From Actinomycetes bacterium KLBMP 9797 (GTDB taxonomy: Bacteria; Actinomycetota; Actinomycetes; Mycobacteriales; Micromonosporaceae): DNA of 24,000 bases. Under the pieces are notes generated by a model. That model had not been told where the DNA came from. It ran no database searches and saw only the letters and a list, made by a program, of their open reading frames with translations. The position numbers and the translations under genes are program-made. The stretch lies in the NCBI GenBank assembly GCA_037414955.1, contig JBBEWH010000028.1, positions 26,429 to 50,428 on the forward strand, in the 5' to 3' direction. Shown here one piece after another: positions 1 to 6,636 of the stretch. The stretch's first letter is position 1, and each line of letters starts with the position of its first letter.

Positions 1-1928
1 CCGCGTCGCGTGAGATCGACATCGGCGAGGTCCGCGCCGGTGCGGGGCGCCTCGACGACCGGGGGCTGCGGCGGTTCCTCGACGGGCTACCCACCGTGCC
101 CGGCCTGGACGGCCAGCCGACCGTTCAGGACCTCACATCGGCCCTCGGCAGTCCCGGCGCGGCGCAGCGGGCCGCGTTGCTCGCGTACGCCGTGGAGGTG
201 CTCGGGCTGTCCCCGGACGGCGTGACCATCGACCGGATCGGCGGGCCCGGCGGTGCCAAGGGCGCGTCCGGCGCGCCGGTGTTCTGGGTGCGCGATGCCG
301 CCGGCGCCCGGGTCGGCGTCATCAAGGTGTTCCCGAACGTCGACGAGTTCGCCCGCGAGCTGTCCGCCGTCATGAGACTGCACGCCGAGGAGTTCAGCCG
401 GCTCGACGTACCCCAGGTCCAAGGCGTCGGCGTCGCCCGCGCCGACGACGCGACGGCCGGCGTCGTGATCAGCTCGGTGGCCGCGGGCCGCCCCCTCGAC
501 GACCTCATGGCCGCGGTCCGGGACGCCGCGCCCGCGCAGCGGGCCGCCGCCGTCGCGGATCTCACCCAGGCCCTCCACGACACCGGCGCGGCGCTCGCCG
601 AGATGCACAACCGCCCCGCGAGCGCGGGCGGTCCGGTCGCCGACTGGTTCGCCGACCAGCACGGCACCGCGCGCACCGTCGCCTCGCTCCGGGAATGGGC
701 CGGCCACGAGGGCTTCCAGCGGCAGTACGGCTTCGACGGCGCCGCGCTCATCCGGCGCTTCGACGAGTTGGGCGCGGCGACGCGCGCGCTGCCGGGCTTC
801 GGTGCGCTCGTGCACGGCGACCCACACCCCGGAAACTTCACCCACGACCAGCACACCGGCCGGGTGACCGTCATCGACCTCGAAAGCATGCACGACTCGA
901 TGGATGCCGACGGGCGGCCCGTGGGCGCGGCCGCTCTCGACGTCGGCGTGTTCGAACGCGTCATGTCGGCGTTCGCGCACAACTTCGACGTGGCGCCGCT
1001 GCTGCCTTCCCTGCGGCGCGCCTTCCTGGACGGGTACGCCTCGTTCGGCGGTCGGGCGCTGCCGGAGGCGGCGCTCCGGTACTACCGGGCGGCTGGGCTG
1101 GCGCTGGCGCTGCACGGCACCCGGCGGATGCTGTACGGCGAAGCGCCGCGCGACCCGTCCATCACGGCCGAGAGCCTGGCGCGGCGCGCGGACGAACAAC
1201 TCGCCGAGATCCAGGACCTCCTCCGCGACCCGCCGCCAACGCCTGCGGGTCCCGTTTCCCCGGCAGGGCCGGTCGCACCCGGCTCGGGCCCGACCACTGC
1301 CGCCTCTGATTCGGCCGCTCCCGTTTCGTGGGGCGCCGACGACCGGATGGACTTCGACCCGAACGACCTCGATCCCAACCCGCGTCCCGGCGAGACGGCC
1401 GATCAGGCGGACGAGCGGGTGGAGCTCGCCCGGATCGCGAAGATCTACAACGACCTCGGGCCAGAGCCGCCACGCGTCAACCTCGCCGCCAACGACGCCG
1501 CACACGCGGGCGATGGTGCGCACACTGTCGAACGGCATGGCCCCACCGTGCCGCTGCACCGTGGCGCCCCGAACGTCCGCACCGTCGAGGGCCGCATATA
1601 CGGCGACAGCCCGTGGCAACACCCCGAGAATTACTCCTACCGGTGGTCAGACGTCTCGACGATGAACCGCGTCGTCAACGAGTACCTCCAGGAAAACTGG
1701 TCCGCCATCCGCGATGATCTTGCGTTGAAGCGCATGCACAAGCGGGTGGTTAGGCTCGACAACGCCGTCGGCGAGGGCTTCTACAACCGTGGCATGTACG
1801 GTGCTGGCCCGACAGTCGCGCAGTACCACGTCACGAGCGTCATGGAGATTAAGCTGAACCTGGTGCCTGGTAGCGATCCCGCGCGGCCGTTCGTCGTTAC
1901 CGCGTTCCCCACCGGGAGAGGATTCTAG
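1..1928 (+). CDS. Multidomain polymorphic-toxin-like protein, probably 5'-truncated by the window edge: APH/protein-kinase-fold phosphotransferase domain, Pro-rich linker, C-terminal RNase-A-like (bacterial CdiA-CT RNase A type) toxin tip
   Basis: The ORF track gives 96..1928 (GTG). The same frame is open and strongly G/C at codon position 3 back to nt 3, so the gene most likely starts upstream of the window. Kinase-fold motifs: VIKVF (beta3 Lys), VHGDPHPGNF (catalytic loop, HGDxHxxN), VIDLES (metal-binding Asp). The last ~140 aa (nt ~1500-1925) read GAHTVERHG ... WSDVSTMNRVVNEYLQENW ... VTSVMEIKLNLVPG..FVVTAFP. This matches the pattern I recall for bacterial RNase-A-like toxin tips (HTxxRH(V)G ... 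V.VVL....(I/V)(L/V)TA(Y/F)P). Confidence 0.75.
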   Translation, partial: ASREIDIGEVRAGAGRLDDRGLRRFLDGLPTVPGLDGQPTVQDLTSALGSPGAAQRAALLAYAVEVLGLSPDGVTIDRIGGPGGAKGASGAPVFWVRDAAGARVGVIKVFPNVDEFARELSAVMRLHAEEFSRLDVPQVQGVGVARADDATAGVVISSVAAGRPLDDLMAAVRDAAPAQRAAAVADLTQALHDTGAALAEMHNRPASAGGPVADWFADQHGTARTVASLREWAGHEGFQRQYGFDGAALIRRFDELGAATRALPGFGALVHGDPHPGNFTHDQHTGRVTVIDLESMHDSMDADGRPVGAAALDVGVFERVMSAFAHNFDVAPLLPSLRRAFLDGYASFGGRALPEAALRYYRAAGLALALHGTRRMLYGEAPRDPSITAESLARRADEQLAEIQDLLRDPPPTPAGPVSPAGPVAPGSGPTTAASDSAAPVSWGADDRMDFDPNDLDPNPRPGETADQADERVELARIAKIYNDLGPEPPRVNLAANDAAHAGDGAHTVERHGPTVPLHRGAPNVRTVEGRIYGDSPWQHPENYSYRWSDVSTMNRVVNEYLQENWSAIRDDLALKRMHKRVVRLDNAVGEGFYNRGMYGAGPTVAQYHVTSVMEIKLNLVPGSDPARPFVVTAFPTGRGF

Positions 1929-1930
1929 GC

Positions 1931-2293
1931 ATGGACAGTTCGAAGCTTCCTGAGCGGTTGCGTCGGCGGGCCGAGGAAATTGAAAAGCAACCGTCGCTCG
2001 ATAAGGTGCGGGAGTTTCTCGGCGCCTACCTGTTCGACGCCGTGAGTCTCGAAGAGGCACGCGAGGATCTTCAGCGAACGGCGGCCTGGGGTACGTGGAA
2101 CCTGAAGCTTGAGTTGCGCGCCTTTGACGCGGTCCTGGACGAGCCGCAGGCGCCGGGCGTGTTGATGCGGATGGTCGCGTCGGATGCCAACTGGGTTCTT
2201 GACGACCTGTCAGATGGGGCGGCGGCGGCGTTCCTGCGGCAGGTTGCGAACATATTGCGTGAGGTGATCGCGGAGGCGGACCGATCTCGTTGA
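1931..2293 (+). CDS. Putative cognate immunity protein for the upstream RNase-like tip
   Basis: 120-aa ORF whose ATG (1931) lies 2 nt after the toxin stop (TAG 1926-1928). It is acidic, with no signal peptide or TM segment. The segment FLGAYLFD resembles the conserved aromatic/acidic segment I associate with CDI-type immunity families. It shares the reduced G+C of the toxin tip. Confidence 0.6.
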   Translation: MDSSKLPERLRRRAEEIEKQPSLDKVREFLGAYLFDAVSLEEAREDLQRTAAWGTWNLKLELRAFDAVLDEPQAPGVLMRMVASDANWVLDDLSDGAAAAFLRQVANILREVIAEADRSR

Positions 2294-2303
2294 GTGATCG
2301 TGC

Positions 2304-2340
2304 GAAGATCCAGACAACAGTCCGAGAGTTGCCATGTTCC
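2304..2340 (+). repeat. Post-stop intergenic motif, copy 1
   Basis: GAAGATCCAGACAACAGTCCGAGAGTTGCCATGTTCC begins 11 nt after stop 2291-2293. About 27 of 34 aligned positions are identical to the copy at 2936-2971. Confidence 0.7.
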
Positions 2341-2409
2341 CGGCAGTCGGACAGGGCAACTGTCGCACAGTTGCGCGGATCCGCTTCAAGTGCTGAGGAG
2401 ATCCGGGTG

Positions 2410-2937
2410 ATGACGCAGCGCGACCAAGCGCTGGCGATGGCCGCGCGGCTGATGGCCATCGACTGGCGGGGAAGCGACGAGCGCACCCGCTCTCGCGTTG
2501 TCTTGATGCGAGAGTATCTTCGGCGAGCGGCATGGTGGGCACAGCGGGTCGGTCATCCAGAGCTGTGGCCCTTCTTCGACATCGCCACATATGTCGATGC
2601 CGGCGTACGGGCTGACCCAGCGCTTGTCAAGAAGGTCGAAGACGCGCTGAACGAAGTAGGCTCGTGGTCGGACGTGAGGCTGACCTGTCTGTGGGCGCTG
2701 CACTGGGCGGCTTTGCGAGATGCGTCGGGTGTCGTCCTACCCGAGCTCGATGATCCGTTTGAGCCGCTGATTCGCATGTATGAGCGCGGTGGCGGCTTCT
2801 GTGAAGAGCACGTATTCATAGATGTCGATCGAGCTGGCATTCCGCGCAGGACGTTGCTCGACCATCGCTCCGCCAAGCCGGTGGCGCAGCTTGACGACGC
2901 GTGGCTGGATGGGCTCGACAGTGGAATGTCGTCGTGA
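2410..2937 (+). CDS. Hypothetical protein in the low-G+C cassette (possible orphan immunity/accessory gene)
   Basis: ORF track 2290..2937 (TTG). I prefer ATG 2410 (or GTG 2407), preceded by GGAG at 2397-2400, because the upstream 40 codons run through an intergenic repeat motif. I recognise no family motif. Confidence 0.5.
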   Translation: MTQRDQALAMAARLMAIDWRGSDERTRSRVVLMREYLRRAAWWAQRVGHPELWPFFDIATYVDAGVRADPALVKKVEDALNEVGSWSDVRLTCLWALHWAALRDASGVVLPELDDPFEPLIRMYERGGGFCEEHVFIDVDRAGIPRRTLLDHRSAKPVAQLDDAWLDGLDSGMSS

Positions 2938-3003
2938 AGACCCAGGCAACTGCGCGAGAATTGCCATATCCGGTGGGGCTGGCGCGCGGAAGATCCACAC
3001 AAC
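2936..3003 (+). repeat. Post-stop intergenic motif, copy 2, plus a third partial copy
   Basis: GAAGACCCAGGCAACTGCGCGAGAATTGCCATATCC (2936-2971) overlaps stop 2935-2937. GAAGATCCACACAAC (2989-2003 region, exactly 2989-3003) matches the first 15 nt of copy 1 with one mismatch. Confidence 0.7.
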
Positions 3004-3108
3004 TTGTTAAAAGTTGGGGTGTCCCTGGGCTGTGTACACCCCAAGTTCCTAAAAGTTGTACTGATCTTGGTGGACCTGGTCAGCAGGACGGCGTGGATCC
3101 GGGAGGAG

Positions 3109-3168
3109 CCCATGATCAGGGCGTCCCTCAAGTTGTTCTAACGACTTGAGGGACGCCCTGATCATGGG
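3109..3168. repeat. Palindromic element A1: perfect 25-bp inverted repeat with a 10-nt loop
   Basis: CCCATGATCAGGGCGTCCCTCAAGT (3109-3133) / TGTTCTAACG / ACTTGAGGGACGCCCTGATCATGGG (3144-3168). The 3' arm contains GAGGGA, then 10 nt, then ATG 3164. Confidence 0.95.
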
Positions 3169-4288
3169 GTGGTTACTGGAGGGGGTGAGTGGGGGCGTGG
3201 GGGAGCGGGTGGCTTGGGCCGTTGATCTGCCGGAGGCGGATGACGGGGAGTTGGTCGCCACCGCGGACGGTGGTGTGGTGGTGTCCACGCGGCGGTTTCT
3301 CGCCGCGGTGACCCCGGCTGGACAAGTCGCCTGGCTGGTTGACGCTGGTGTGGGGCTGTTGGGCTCGCCGGTGTTGCTGCCCAGCGGTCGGGTGGTGCGC
3401 GCCGAAGACGGGCTTCTCGTGACCCGGGACCTGGCGACCGGTGCCTCGGTGGGCAGCGTGACGGCGACCGGGCTGTCGGCGGTGGCGGCGACGCCCGACG
3501 GTGACCTGCTGATCGTGGCGCGGACGCCCGAGCGCGAGCCGGTGCTGCGCCGGCTGTCGCCGGGTGGCGCGGTGCAGTGGACGCGGCGGTTGGACGATGC
3601 TTTCGCGTCGTTGGTGGTCGCGGGGGACGCGGTGGTGGTCGCGGATCGCGGGGCGCTGCGCGGGTACGACCTGTCGGGCGCGCCGCGGTGGTTTGCGGGC
3701 GGGCACGGGTTCGGGTTGCCGCCCGCGCCGAGGCGGAGCGCCGCGCCGGTGGCGCGCGGTCCGCTGGTCGCGCTGCCGGGCGGGCGGGTGCTGGCTGAGC
3801 TGGCGGAGCCCGACGGGTACGGCTGGCACGTGTTCGATCCGGGCGCCGACACGGTGACGCGGGTGGACTCGCCGGTCGGCATGCACCATCCGGTAACCGC
3901 CGTGCCAGGGGGCGCCGAGGACGGCGGGGTGCTGTTGGCCGCTGTGGGGCCGGCCGAGGAGGTCGAGGAGGGGCGGCAGCGGTCGAGCGTGGTGTTGGCC
4001 GAGTTGTCCGGCGCCGTGCGGTGGTCGCATCCCGTGTCCGCGGAGCCGCGGGCGTTGCTCCCGGGCGGCGCCGGCACGGTGGTCGTGGTGTGCAGTCCGG
4101 GGCTCGACCGGTGGCAGAAGTACCACCACTGGTACGACCTTTCGGGCGAGTGCTTCGTCCGGTGCGTCGGCGCGGCTGGCGAGCAGCGGTGGACCTGGCC
4201 GGCGCCGGTGCCGCTCACGTATCGGGCGGCGGCGAGCGGGGATACGACGTATGTGGCGGCGCCCGGCCGGCTGTGGGCCCTGCGGTGA
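3164..4288 (+). CDS. Hypothetical protein with PQQ/BamB-like beta-propeller-type repeats (tentative)
   Basis: ORF track 3146..4288 (TTG). In-frame ATG 3164 sits inside the 3' arm of palindromic element A1, with GAGGGA 10 nt upstream. A G-x-x-x-W blade-like motif recurs every ~60-70 aa: AGQVAWLVDAG, GGAVQWTRRLDD, SGAPRWFAGG, SGAVRWSHPV, GEQRWTWPAP. The start is uncertain because GTG alternatives exist downstream. Codon 4 is a rare TTA (3173-3175). Confidence 0.55.
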   Translation: MGWLLEGVSGGVGERVAWAVDLPEADDGELVATADGGVVVSTRRFLAAVTPAGQVAWLVDAGVGLLGSPVLLPSGRVVRAEDGLLVTRDLATGASVGSVTATGLSAVAATPDGDLLIVARTPEREPVLRRLSPGGAVQWTRRLDDAFASLVVAGDAVVVADRGALRGYDLSGAPRWFAGGHGFGLPPAPRRSAAPVARGPLVALPGGRVLAELAEPDGYGWHVFDPGADTVTRVDSPVGMHHPVTAVPGGAEDGGVLLAAVGPAEEVEEGRQRSSVVLAELSGAVRWSHPVSAEPRALLPGGAGTVVVVCSPGLDRWQKYHHWYDLSGECFVRCVGAAGEQRWTWPAPVPLTYRAAASGDTTYVAAPGRLWALR

Positions 4289-4291
4289 CGG

Positions 4292-4353
4292 CCCATGATC
4301 GAGGCGTCCCTCAAGTAGCTATAACGACTACAAGGACGCCTTGATCATGAGGG
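4292..4353. repeat. Palindromic element A2 (imperfect copy)
   Basis: CATGATCGAGGCGTCC (4294-4309) pairs with GGACGCCTTGATCATG (4334-4349), with one G-T (G-U) position. The inner CTCAAGTAG..CTACAAG part pairs only partially. It starts 4 nt after the stop at 4286-4288. Confidence 0.9.
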
Positions 4354-4364
4354 GAGGTGGATTG

Positions 4365-5510
4365 ATGGCTGAGGCTCGCACGGTCGCTGAGGCGTACGCG
4401 TACCTGGAGTTGACCTTGCCACCCGGGGAGTCCTGGGTGGACTACGAGAAGTACACCACCCTGGACGCGGGACCGGACGGCGGCTATGTGCTGCGGTTCG
4501 ACGGGTGGTACGAGGGCGAGCGGCACCGGCTCGACGTGCCGGTCGTGGCGCGGGAGGGCCGGTCGACGCTGATCGACGCGGGGCAGTGGCACCTGCTGGA
4601 GGACGCGTACGCCGGGATGGCCGCCACCGGCGAGGAGCAGCTGGCGGGTGCCGCGCCGGACGACGAGACGTACCGGGCGATCGTGGGCGCGTGGGACGGC
4701 GCCGCGACGGCGGCGGCGGAGATCGAGTTGTTCCTGCCCGAGGGGGCGGACGAGCCCGCCGGCGAGGCGTTCTGGACCGCCGCGGGTCGCGGGGTGCGGG
4801 AGCACCGGCCGGAGGCGTTCGGGCGGGCGCGGCTCGCGGCGGCCCGCGCCGAGTACACGCGCCGCCGGGACGAGTTCGTCGCCCGGTACGGGATGGCCGC
4901 CGAGGAGACGGCGGGGGAGACCACCGCGGCTGAGCCGGTGCGGGCGGCGCGCACCTACGGCGAGGCGCACACCTTCATGGATCTACACCCGTGCGAGTGC
5001 GGTTCGGCCGCGTTCCCGCGCGGGCAGCTGGCGGTGCTCGGCAGCGACGACCACGGGGTCACGGTGCGGTTCGCCGGCCGGTGCGACGACTGCGACCGGT
5101 CGCGCGCGTTCGTGTTCCGGCTGCCGCCGCGTCCGGGTGTGCCGGCGGAGTCGCCGTATCTGTTCGGGTATCCGGAGGACGGGCCGTCGGAGCTGCTCGA
5201 CGCCGGCGAGTGGTTCGGTGTCGCCGAAGGCTACGCGGCGGTCGCCGACCTGGCCGTGGCGGAGGTGGACAGCGGCGACCAGGAGGACGTGGTCAAGCTG
5301 CTCACCTGCGCCGCGAGCGCCGTCGACGAGGTGCTGCGGTTCCTTCCGGCGGGCGCGGACGTGCTGCCGGCGGGCGCGCTGTGGACCGCGGCGAGTCGCG
5401 AGGGGTACGCGCGCGACCCGGCGCGGTTCCGGCGGGCGTCGCTGGAGCAGTGGCGGGCCGAGCGGTGGCGCCGGCTCGCCGAGTACGCGGGGCGTGGGGA
5501 ATCACCGTGA
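4365..5510 (+). CDS. Two-domain protein: a Cys-less degenerate copy followed by an intact copy of an uncharacterised CxxC...CxxC domain
   Basis: ORF track 4341..5510. ATG 4365 follows GGAGG (4353-4357) at good spacing. The C-terminal half reads RTYGEAHTFMDLHPCECG...GRCDDCDRSRAFVFRLP...PSELLDAGEW...VLRFLPAGAD..P..ALWTAASR. The N-terminal half aligns to it (RTVAEAYAYLELTLPPGES...GWYEGERHRLDVPVV...STLIDAGQW...IELFLPEGAD..AGEAFWTAAGR), but all four Cys are replaced. Confidence 0.7.
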   Translation: MAEARTVAEAYAYLELTLPPGESWVDYEKYTTLDAGPDGGYVLRFDGWYEGERHRLDVPVVAREGRSTLIDAGQWHLLEDAYAGMAATGEEQLAGAAPDDETYRAIVGAWDGAATAAAEIELFLPEGADEPAGEAFWTAAGRGVREHRPEAFGRARLAAARAEYTRRRDEFVARYGMAAEETAGETTAAEPVRAARTYGEAHTFMDLHPCECGSAAFPRGQLAVLGSDDHGVTVRFAGRCDDCDRSRAFVFRLPPRPGVPAESPYLFGYPEDGPSELLDAGEWFGVAEGYAAVADLAVAEVDSGDQEDVVKLLTCAASAVDEVLRFLPAGADVLPAGALWTAASREGYARDPARFRRASLEQWRAERWRRLAEYAGRGESP

Positions 5511-5511
5511 C

Positions 5512-5530
5512 GGACGCCTTGATCATGGGG
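5512..5530. repeat. Solo 3' arm of the palindromic element (A3)
   Basis: GGACGCCTTGATCATGGGG begins 2 nt after stop 5508-5510. I see no matching 5' arm upstream. Confidence 0.8.
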
Positions 5531-6133
5531 AGGGGCGCGGTGGAAGGTGAGCTGGACGCTATGGTCGGTGGCATGGCGGCGCCGCTGGCACGTACCCATG
5601 AAGAGGCTCACCTCTACATGGAGCTGCATCCGTGTCCGGCGTGCGGCGAGCCGGAGTTCGACGCGGCGAGCGCGGTCCGCGAGACGGACGCCGGGTGGCT
5701 GGTCCGGTACGCGGGCGTGTGTGTCCAGTGTGGACGCGCGCGGGCCTTCGAGTTCCGCCAGCCCGACGAGATGCGGCCGCCGGCCGAGGGTGCGTGGGCG
5801 TCCGGTGCCGAGCCGTCCGAGTTGCTCGACGCGGGGGAGTGGCTGTTCGTGGCCGACACCTATGCCAGCGCGCCGGCCGGGGCCGATTCGGGAGCGTCCA
5901 TAGTAGACCTGCGATCGGCGGCGGCCGCGCTGGACGAGGTGCTCAAGTTCCTGCCGGACGGGGCCGCCGCGCTTCCCGACGAGGCGTTCTGGTCCGCGCG
6001 CGGCCGGGCGGTGCGCGCCGCCGAGCCGGGGCGCTTCAGTCGCGTCCGGCTGCTGGCCGCCCGCGCGACCTACGCCCGACTGCTCGCGAGCGCCCATGAT
6101 CAAGGCGTCCCGGTAGTCGCTAGAACGACATGA
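5525..6133 (+). CDS. Single-domain member of the CxxC...CxxC family
   Basis: In-frame part of ORF 4991..6133. Motifs: RTHEEAHLYMELHPCPACG...GVCVQCGRARAFEFRQP...PSELLDAGEW...VLKFLPDGAAALPDEAFWSARGR. ATG 5525 lies in a solo 3' arm of the palindromic element. ATG 5561 or 5573 are alternative starts, and 5573 best matches the N-terminus of the paralogue at 7560. The last 13 codons (SAHDQGVPVVARTT) are read from element A4. Confidence 0.65.
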   Translation: MGRGAVEGELDAMVGGMAAPLARTHEEAHLYMELHPCPACGEPEFDAASAVRETDAGWLVRYAGVCVQCGRARAFEFRQPDEMRPPAEGAWASGAEPSELLDAGEWLFVADTYASAPAGADSGASIVDLRSAAAALDEVLKFLPDGAAALPDEAFWSARGRAVRAAEPGRFSRVRLLAARATYARLLASAHDQGVPVVARTT

Positions 6134-6152
6134 AGGACGCCTTGATCATGGA
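6093..6152. repeat. Palindromic element A4 (outer arms perfect over 17 bp, core degenerate)
   Basis: CCATGATCAAGGCGTCC (6094-6110) pairs with GGACGCCTTGATCATGG (6135-6151). The core is CGGTAGTCGCTAGAACGACATGAA. Confidence 0.9.
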
Positions 6153-6636
6153 GAGACTGACAGCGGACGAGATCACCGAGGTTGCCGGCGCGCTCGCCGG
6201 GCTGTCCTGGTCGTGGACGGTCGACGACCTGGACCGGCTGGTCGACGGGTTCGGCTGGCCGATCGCGGCCGGTCCGAGCGTGGGCGGCGCCGTCCTGCAG
6301 ACCGGTCTGGCGCCGCACCACGGCTTCGCCGACGTGCGGTTCGACGGCGGGGCGGTGGGCGCCATCGTGGTACGGGTCACCGACGGCTCGCCCGAGGCGA
6401 CCGACCCGCGGCGGGACGCGTTCGCCGCGGCGGTGACGGCGGTGACCGGGGTGGCCGGCCCGCCGACCGAGCGCCGGCCCGGGCCGGCGCCCGAGGTGCG
6501 CTGGCGGGTGCCGTCCGGCGTGCTGCGGGTCACGGACGACGGCGTGTTCGTCGAGCTCGCGCTGCTCTCCGAGGCGCACGCGGCGCTGATCGACGAGGCC
6601 GACAGCGACCAGGATGATGGCGAGGACGACTGGTGA
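6148..6636 (+). CDS. Hypothetical protein with an acidic C-terminal tail
   Basis: ORF track 6130..6636. ATG 6130 overlaps the previous stop (ATGA). ATG 6148 lies inside the 3' arm of element A4, with GAAGGA 10 nt upstream, and gives MERLTADEITEV... High GC3. The tail is DEADSDQDDGEDDW. No family recognised with confidence. Confidence 0.6.
   Translation: MERLTADEITEVAGALAGLSWSWTVDDLDRLVDGFGWPIAAGPSVGGAVLQTGLAPHHGFADVRFDGGAVGAIVVRVTDGSPEATDPRRDAFAAAVTAVTGVAGPPTERRPGPAPEVRWRVPSGVLRVTDDGVFVELALLSEAHAALIDEADSDQDDGEDDW

Noticed and set aside
87-1622. 511-aa ORF antisense to the kinase/toxin gene, plus similar long antisense or alternate-frame ORFs at 125..982, 3049..4314, 3173..4129, 7694..8674, 10401..11666, 11746..13107, 12978..14450 and 17422..21402
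   Set aside because: Their translations are Arg/Gly/Ala/Pro-rich low-complexity strings with no motifs. They lie opposite or out of frame to ORFs that have clear family motifs and high third-position G+C. Such shadow ORFs are expected in DNA this G+C-rich.
4991-5524. 5' extension of ORF 4991..6133 (380 aa)
   Set aside because: The upstream 178 codons overlap the well-supported gene 4365..5510 in another frame and translate to an Arg/Gly-rich string. Homology to the paralogues begins only after nt ~5570.
3049-6150. Recurrent N-terminal peptide MRDALIMG / MRDASIMG / MKDALIME on both strands, which looked like a conserved leader peptide
   Set aside because: It is simply the translation of the palindromic element arms, so the same sequence is read from either strand. 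The minus-strand versions lead into non-coding-looking ORFs.
3109-6152. Integron-like gene cassette array with the palindromes acting as attC sites
   Set aside because: The layout of promoterless same-strand ORFs separated by imperfect palindromes is suggestive. However, the elements lack the terminal RYYYAAC/GTTRRRY core sites, no integrase or attI is visible, and the stems are far more perfect than typical attC bottom-strand structures. I keep it only as an analogy.
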